From assembly GCA_964252035.1 (NCBI GenBank), contig OZ176202.1: a stretch of 64,000 bases of DNA. The stretch is one strand, 5' to 3'. The position numbers were made by a program, and so were the translations under genes. Under the pieces are notes generated by a model that did no database searches, was not told the DNA's origin, and saw only the letters and a program-made list of their open reading frames with translations. Shown here piece after piece: positions 32,870 through 64,000 of this stretch. This stretch comes from Podarcis erhardii (lineage: Eukaryota). Positions within the stretch are counted from its first letter, which is position 1. Every line of letters begins with the position of its first letter.

Positions 32870-33675
32870 AACCTGGATGATTTTAACCCAAGAGCAACAA
32901 ATTCTAGAAAAGCAATAGATACCCCATGTCATCCAAATTCACTGCATCCCTATACACACACACACCCACACCAAAAATACCTGGCAGGAAACATCTAGAC
33001 AATCCTGGATCACTAGTTTTTATAACTGCCTCACTAGCAAATGAGTAGGACTTCACCGGCATTCACTTTGATATGTCCTAAAGTGAGAAACACAAGTATC
33101 ATCCATTTATTTCTGTTTGCAATTCTCTTTCTGCTGTCTATCAAAACTCTTTCCCTAATTCAAACACTTCAGAAAGTTGTTATGCAGGGTCCCTGACACT
33201 GATCCCTCATTTAATACACATCATTTTGGAATAGACCATACCTATGGATGTCAGAACAAATTTGCAATAATTTGGAAAAACGTTTGAGCAGTAAATTTGA
33301 AACCATGTTGTAATATTTTCCTCTAAAAAGTTCCCATGAGTTCTACTTTTAATAGAAAATGGATGTTAAGTTGAATTATGGCAAGGGCATTTATGATACC
33401 ATGTTATGAATGACGGCACTCTTGATTAAGGGCAGGTAGATTTTACATTGCCCAAATAACAAATCATACAGAGACCACTATTGTGCTTTAGGAGGAGTCA
33501 TGTCAAAAGAAATAAACTCTTTCCCTCAGTTCCTATCTTCTTATAATATTCATTGCGGTAACATTTGAGAATAATTGGGTTGGATCCTCCTAGGGAAGAA
33601 GTCCTTCTTATTGGAGGAAAAGAACCCTTGGATTTAAGTCAATGTCATCTTGGATTAACTGCTTTTGAATGTGCT

Positions 33676-33965
33676 TAGGAACACAATAAGAGGCTTGCTG
33701 GATCACAGCAAAGGCCCATCTTGTCCTGCATCCTGTTCTCAAATTGACTAACCATTTGCAGAACCTTAGAACAACCATATAAGCAGGACTTCAGTACAAC
33801 AACACTCCCCTGACTTGTGATTCCCAGCAACTGGTATTCAGAGGCATACATATGCTGAAGGTAGGATTCAGCCACACCAATGGCTAGTAGCCATTTTTAG
33901 CCTTGTCCCCCATTCATTTGTCTAACCCTCTTTTAAAACCTTCAAAGCTGGTGGCCATTGTGACA
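33676..33965 (-). mobile_element. CR1-type LINE 3' end (degenerate)
   Basis: Reverse complement matches the copies at 38925-39180 and 56855-57145 (ggccactgtgagaacaggatgc...caggctctt). Confidence 0.7.
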
Positions 33966-34379
33966 TCGCTCGACTACTGTTGCTTTTATGTTATTTCATG
34001 TGACTAGTAGCTCAACTATATGGCTACAATTCAACACATGAGCACACTGATTTTCTCTATGTATTTAAAAAGTGCAAATGCCCCGATACATCCGTAGCTT
34101 CTTAACTTGCACGTACAAAGGCTTCCACAGCCAACACAGAGCTCTCCTGCCTATAAGGGCTTCCCCTGTTATCTATCAGAGAGGAGAGATGTGTTCAGAA
34201 ACGGAAAGCACATTGAAATCCTGCCCTTCTATTGACATGAATGGGAAAGCCTGTCTGTTCAGGAGTTCCACTGTGCACACAGGAGTCAGGATGACACTGG
34301 TGGCTATTTTCTCTCAGCCTTCTGCTGAAAAATAAAAAGGGTTTAAAAACTAAGTACTGCCCTCTATACAGGAAACAGG

Positions 34380-36384
34380 AACACAGCAGTTTTGTATTAA
34401 CCTAAAGTGCATCATCTGAAACCCATCTCCAACTCGAACACAAAAGAGCTAAGATGAAATTTCCTCTATTCAGCTCCCCAAATAGACACATTATATTTGT
34501 TCAACAGCAACCAGTGCACCAACAAGTAAATATTAAAAATGCACATGTTTTATATGAAGTTTACTTGATACGTATATCCTATATAGAAGCAAAAACTACA
34601 TATTTGGGGCATTTAAAAAAATAATAATAGCTATGTACAGGGAGCACAGAGAACAACATAAAAATATTTTGTTTTTGCCATACCACAATTACTAAAAAGT
34701 CCAGACTGGCTTTTGTTCCTCTCCTCCAATTCACTCTAGCCCACAAAGCAGCATCGTCTCACATAATTCCCAACACAGTTGGCATAATTTTCTTTGACAC
34801 AGCATGTACCCAATCAATTACATGAATTCAAGTGTGTTGCAAATTACTTCTCTTTATGACAGGGGGAAATGTCAGGAGCAGCACATAGAATCACAGGAAG
34901 AAGAAGAAGAGTTTGGATTTGATATCCCGCCTTTCACTCCCTTTAAGGAGTCTCAAAGCGGCTAACATTCTCCTTTCCCTTCCTCCCCCACAACAAACAC
35001 TCTGTGAGGTGAGTGGGGCTGAGAGACTTCAGAGAAGTGTGACTGGCCCAAGGTCACCCAGCAGCTGCATGTGGAGGAGCGGAGACGCAAACCCGGTTCC
35101 CCAGATTACGAGACTACCGCTCTTAACCACTACACCATACTGGCTCTCCACAGGATATGAGAGCTTCCTGTTGAACATACAACTTTCACCTGAGTAGCCT
35201 GCAGCACTTGTACGCTGAAACAATCCTAACCAGGGTTGCTCAGTCTAAGTCAATCAGGCTACAGGCAGCCCAAGTCCTGCTGTCCCTGCCAGAACCTTAA
35301 CAGAAAGGACTGGAGCCTTCCAAATTATTTTCTATTGCAGTACTTGTTGACCACACACAGAGATCTGCATTTCCAAAACACCATGAGAAAAAGATCTGGT
35401 CCGGGTGTGTAGAAGTCTCTTGCATCAATCACATCATCAGCTAGAGAGAGCTCTCCACTCCCCCCATTACTATCCAAGTATGGGGCTGAATGACCCACAT
35501 CATGCCAGAAGATTTTGCTTTTATCCCCTGAATTCCCTTACAGAAGGGAAACTAGGAAAAATCAAGTTTACAATGTAGTTTTTAAGCACATTTTCTATGA
35601 TTTATTTTGTACAGAACAAAATTAATAAATACATTATCTAGGATAACAACAGGTTTTCCATTTCATCCATGAAAAAATAATGCTTTCAATTTTTCACATT
35701 TTAAAACCTGCTATGTTATTTTATTTTTTAGAAGAAAATGCAAGAAGACAGTAGTGATGCCTAAATATACAGAATGTCCATGTAGGAGTTACATTTACAA
35801 GAACCTGATACAGAAGCCTCTATGTTGCCCCCATAATTAAGAGTTCTCTGCAATAATATTTAAACCAAAAGGCTTAAATAAAAAAACACCCCAGTAGCCC
35901 TACTTGTAGAGCAGTGAGGCATTTACTTTTCAAGTATTCAATCCGTAAAATGTAAAAGATATTTTGCTGATTTTAAATACCTTTTAAAACCAAATACCCA
36001 TCTTCAAAAACAACAGAAAACAAGTCCATTACCCCAATCAGCCCGTTATTGTTAGAATCCAGTGAAGCTTTTGTCTTCAAGAATGCAGAAAATATCTGTT
36101 ATGCTAACCAAAGGAACTTGCTGGATATAAGCAATTTATGCACATGAAACATGATTTTTCCTAGTGGTGAGATCTATTTGATAGAAAGGTAATCCAAGTC
36201 TATTCCCAATAAATTCTTCTGCTGGTTTTACTATGGCCTTAAAAAACCCCCCAAAAAAAACAGTGTCCAAGAAATCTTTAGAAAACTCGAGAGTGCAAAA
36301 ACTACCACACTCCTTCATAGCATGGAAGGAACTCCACTGGCTGCAGAGACTTTTATGCCACCTTTGGTAATTTGTAAGCAGAGA
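34380..36384 (-). other. MAP7: MAP7 3'UTR (distal end uncertain)
   Basis: AT-rich sequence after the TGA. Several minus-strand AATAAA hexamers (plus-strand tttatt near 35601 and 35721). Contains a SINE at 34897-35148. Confidence 0.45.
34897..35148 (-). mobile_element. Squam3-like tRNA SINE with (CTT)n tail
   Basis: Minus strand begins gagagccagtatggtgtagtggttaagagcggtag...gtgaccttgggccagtcac; ends in a simple-repeat tail. Confidence 0.75.
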
Positions 36385-63912
<27,528 letters not shown>

Positions 63913-64000
63913 TCACTTACAATGCTGTTTGCCTGGCAACATTCCCAGTTTGAACACCTTAACAGCACTCTAGTATTAAGGTCATTTCCCATTTTAGTTG

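Overview
Vertebrate nuclear genomic DNA from a squamate reptile, probably a lacertid lizard (Sauria-type SINE, a Squam3-like SINE, CR1/L2 relics, MITEs). It is not prokaryotic and has no CRISPR array. Three spliced genes were reconstructed by hand from GT-AG boundaries and reading-frame phase. (1) BCLAF1, minus strand: the 5' part of the gene, with a CpG-island promoter at about 13.2-14.5 kb and five coding exons from the ATG at 9816 down to 1336; it continues off the left edge. (2) An intact 14-exon, plus-strand gene (CDS 18788-31844, 1731 nt, 576 aa) encoding an armadillo-repeat protein. By visual alignment to the yeast sequence as recalled, it is collinear with fungal Vac8 over almost its full length, with an MG/Cys-rich acylation-type N-terminus and the R/R/K equivalent of the Vac8 cationic triad. 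It lies head-to-head with BCLAF1 and tail-to-tail with MAP7, in an interval where, from memory, human has no protein-coding gene. This is the main discovery candidate. (3) MAP7 (ensconsin), minus strand: 16 coding exons from 63890 to the stop at 36385; the 5' end lies off the right edge. The rest is introns with SINEs, LINE fragments, MITEs, microsatellites and two N gaps. All homology statements rest on recalled sequences; no database search was run.
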